NCBI RefSeq assembly: GCF_963921235.1
Contig: NC_086098.1
Coordinates: 2,294,001-2,358,000, forward strand
Origin: Mobula hypostoma
Lineage: Eukaryota
Direction: 5' to 3'
DNA: 64,000 bases
Position 1 is the stretch's first letter. Each line of letters opens with the position of its first letter. The notes below the pieces were generated by a model that worked only from the letters and a program-made list of their open reading frames with translations, ran no database searches and was not told the DNA's origin. This document shows, in pieces, positions 60,510-64,000 of this stretch. The position numbers were made by a program, and so were the translations under genes.

Positions 60510-61539
60510 ATACCACATTGGATACTGTTGGGGAGGGATGACTTACCTGGGACAAGCTGCAGTAGCCAGATCTCTTGCACTGAGTCTGGCTCTGCAGTGC
60601 AGAAGGGAGGGTGGAAAAAGACGAGAGAGGTAGTGATAGGGGACTCGATAGTTAGAGGTGCAGATAGGAGGTTCCATGGTCGTGACAGAGAATCCAGGAT
60701 GGTTTGTTGCTTCCCGGGTGCCAGGGTCAAGGATGTCTCTGATCGCTTGCATGACATTCTGAAGTGGGAGGGTGACCAGCCAGATGTCATGGTGCACATC
60801 GGTACCAATGACATAGCAAGGAAGAGTGAGGAGGTCCTGGAGAGTGGATAGGTCCTGGAGATCTGGATAGGAATCATGATTTTTTTTCATGAGAGGGCTG
60901 TTACGAACTGGAACACCTCCCTTGAAAGAGTTGTCAAAGTATTTTGATCGCCACATTTGAATGATAAGTGCAGGAGTAATTGAATAGAATTATTTTATTG
61001 GGGGTTCCAAAGACACACCCATGCACAATGGCCGAAAGCCTGTGTTTGCAGAAAGATTCACAGAAATTAAAAGGGAAGTTTGAGTTTCTAATTAAGCTAA
61101 TTTGCATGTGTAATTTGGATCAGATTAGCATAATTAAAGTTATCTCAAATAGCATAATGATTATACTCTAAAGTTTGATAAAGCCAAATATTATAAAAGA
61201 AATGTTTAATTATTTGGGAAATTATCTGCTTAATCATCTAATTTGAATATATAAAACAAATTCGATTAATTTAAGTGCTATTTTGAAAGTACAATAATAC
61301 ACCTATTTAGTGACAATGATTGACCAGAAGAATAATAAATATTTGTGCAAACACTATGAATGAAATTTCATTGAGAAAATTAAGGGATCAGTATCGCAAG
61401 AAAGAAATTGAAATGGTTGTAGAGGTTAATTGCTGCTATAGGAAGTAAGCAGTACTTAATTAGACTACAAAAAAATCTCCAGAATGATATCATTCAACCT
61501 GAATGATGCCATTGCACGGCACACCATTATTTGTTTATC

Positions 61540-61780
61540 TCGTGATACAGCACAAAGCAGACCCTTTTGGCCTTTCAAGCCGAGCCATCCTGGCAACCCC
61601 TGACAACCCTGATTTCACCCTAACCTAATCACGGGACAATTTACAATGATGTGGTACGGTGTTAAACTGTGAGAGGAAATCAAAGCAGCCTGAGATAACC
61701 CATACGTTCCACAGGGAGGATGTACAGAGAACCCTTACATGATGGCGTTGGAATGGAACTAAATCTGCTGCCCATTGTAG
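61540..61780 (-). mobile_element. V-SINE copy
   Basis: taacctaatcacgggacaatttacaatga...gagaggaaatcaaagcagcctgagataaccca. Confidence 0.65.
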
Positions 61781-61869
61781 AAATTGTTCAGATATCAAAT
61801 TTATTGATTTCAATAATGGGCAGATGAACTGAAGAACCAGCTGTGCATTTGAGTGATAGAGTCACAGAG

Positions 61870-62420
61870 ACATAGAACCCTAGAGTCACAGAAAAACTGA
61901 ACAGAGAAACAAGCCCCTTGGCCCATCTAGACCATGCCAAACCATTTAAACTACCTAGTCCTATCAATTTGCACTGGGACCATAGCCCTCCATACCCCTG
62001 CCATCCGTGCAACTATCCAAACTTCTTTTAAACGTTAAAATTAAGCTCCCTTGCACCACCTGCTCTGGCAGCTCAGTCCACACTCTCATGACCCTCTGAG
62101 TGAAAAGTTTCCCTCTTCACCCTTAACCCATAACCTCAAGTTCTAGTCCCATCCAAGCTCAGTGGAAAAAGCCTGCTTGCATTGATCCTATCCATACTCT
62201 TCATAATTTTATATACCTCTATCAAATCTCCCCTCAATGTTCTAGGGAATAAAGTTAACCTATCCCTATAACTCAAGTCCTCAAGTCCCAGCAAAATTCT
62301 TCTAAATATTCTCTGCACTCTTTCAATCTTATTTACATCTTTCCTGTGGGCAGGAGGCCAAAGCTGCACACAATGCTTCAAATTAGACCAACGTCTTATG
62401 CAATTTCAACATAACATCCT
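61870..62420 (-). mobile_element. Old CR1 3' fragment
   Basis: CVQLWPPAHRKDVNKIERVQR...RGDLIEVYKIM (ORF 62136-62381). Confidence 0.85.
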
Positions 62421-62427
62421 CACTACT

Positions 62428-64000
62428 AGCGCGCCAAGGTTTAAAAAACAGAACACCATATACAGCGGCCATCGTTGTCGCGGCCATCGTCGGAGTGGAC
62501 TGAGTCAGAGTGGGGCGGCTTTGGCTCAAACAGGCTTCAGCGAGAACAGGTAGAGGCCAGGGTAGGTTCTGGTACGCTTTTTTGTTCAGATTGTTTAGAG
62601 TAGAGAGGATGCCAGGCAGGATGTTGGAATGCTCCTCTTGCAGGATGTGGGAAGTCAGGGAGCCCTCCGGTGTCCCTGACAACGACACCTGCAGGAAGTG
62701 CATCCAGCTGCAGCTCCTGACAAACCGTGTTAGGGAACTGGAGCAGGAGCTGGATGACCTGCGGATCATTCAGGAGAATGAGGAAATTATAGATAGTAGC
62801 TACAGGGAGGTAGTTACGCCAAAGGAGCAGAGGACAGGAAATTGGGTCACTGTCAGGTGAGGGAAGGGGAAAGGGCAGGCAGAGCAGGGTTCCCCTGTGG
62901 CCATTCCCCTCAACAACAAGTATACCGCATTGGATACTGTTGGGGGGGGATGACTTACCTGGGACAAGCTGCAGTAGCCGGATCTCTGGCACTGGGTCTG
63001 GCTCTGCAGTACAGAAGGGAGGGGGGAAAAGAGGAGAGCGGTAGTGATAGGGGACTCGATAGTTAGAGGTGCAGATAGGAGGTTCTGTGGTCGTGACAGA
63101 GAATCCAGGATGGTCTGTTGCCTCCCTGGTGCCAGGGTCAAGGATGTCTCTGATCGATTGCATGACATTCTGAAGTGGGAGGGTGATCAGCCAGATGTCG
63201 TGGTGCACATCGGTACCAATGACATAGCAAGGAAGAGTGAGGAGGTCCTGGAGAGTGAGTATAGAGAGCTTGGTAGGAAGTTGAAAAGCAGGACCTCGAG
63301 GGTGGTAATCTCACGATTGCTACCTGTGCTAGGTGCCAGTGAGGGTAGGAATAGGATGCTCTGGAGGATGAATAAGTGGCTGAGGAACTGGTGTAGGGGG
63401 CAGGGTTTCAGATTTCAGGATCATTGGGACCTCTTCTGGGGCAGGTGGGACCTGTACAAGAGAGATGGGTTACACAAGAACTACAGGGGGACCAATATCC
63501 TTTCAGGGAGGTTTGTTAGTGCTATTGGGGAGGCTTTAAACTAGATTTGCAGGGGGATGGGAACTACAGTACCAGAGCTGACAGTGTGACTGGGGCGAAA
63601 ATAAATGATGTTAAAAGTTCAAGCAAATCCGCGAATACAAAGGTTGTGAGTGGTGGTAAAAATCTTCTGAGGTGTATGTAGTTCAATGCTAGGAGTATTG
63701 CGAGGAAGGCGGATGAGTTGAGGGCGTGGATTGACACGTGGAATTATGACGTTATAGCAATTAGTGAAACTTGGCTACAGGAGGGGCAGGACTGGCAGCT
63801 TAATATTCCAGGGTTCCGATGTTTCAGATGTGATCGAGGCAGAGGAATGAAAGGTGGGGGAGTAGCATTCCTTGTTAGGGAAAATATTACAGCAGTGCTC
63901 AGGCAGGACAGATTAGAGGGCTTGTCTACTAAGTGGGCGGAGCTGAGAAACAGGAAAGGTATGGCCACATTAGTCGGATTGTATTACAGACCACCCAATA
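62428..64000 (+). mobile_element. CR1 5' portion: partial 5'UTR, ORF1 (62589-63544, one stop and one frameshift), start of ORF2 running off the window
   Basis: Zinc finger/coiled coil plus GDS, GTND and DGLH esterase blocks; APE start FNARSIARKADEL...AISETWL...YYRPPN. Confidence 0.93.

Larger units (their letters stand above)
59716..60848 (+). mobile_element. CR1 5'UTR plus ORF1 N-terminal two-thirds, 3'-truncated
   Basis: MLECSSCRMWE...CRKCIQLQLL, VIGDSIVRG, HIGTNDI; homology to 62428-63257 ends abruptly at gaggtcctggagagtg. Confidence 0.9.

Overview
Vertebrate genomic DNA, most likely from a cartilaginous fish (ray/shark). That assignment is inferred from the repeat set: CR1/HER1-type LINEs, HE1/V-SINE-like SINEs, Rex1/Babar-type LINEs and Penelope-like elements. 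Roughly two thirds of the window is nested transposable elements, and nearly all long ORFs in the supplied track are LINE ORF1/ORF2 pieces or their antisense shadows. Three things stand out beyond the repeats. (1) A 114-bp minus-strand exon (29267-29380), missed by the ORF track, encodes part of the catalytic domain of a kexin/furin-type proprotein convertase that does not match the canonical mammalian PCSK paralogues well; the window is therefore probably intronic to that gene. (2) A fully mappable HDV-like self-cleaving ribozyme fold (36968-37154, + strand), with an unusual extra stem-loop inside L3, heads a ~530-bp non-coding retroelement. (3) Minimal type-I hammerhead ribozyme motifs occur in Penelope pseudo-LTRs, including two ~180-bp self-inverted pLTR-only insertions with clean target-site duplications. 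Other items: a 48-bp minisatellite born from a LINE coding segment, an intact CR1 ORF1 on an otherwise decayed element, a near-identical inverted CR1 pair and several enhancer-like unique stretches. Repeat boundaries were read by eye and are approximate unless a TSD is given.
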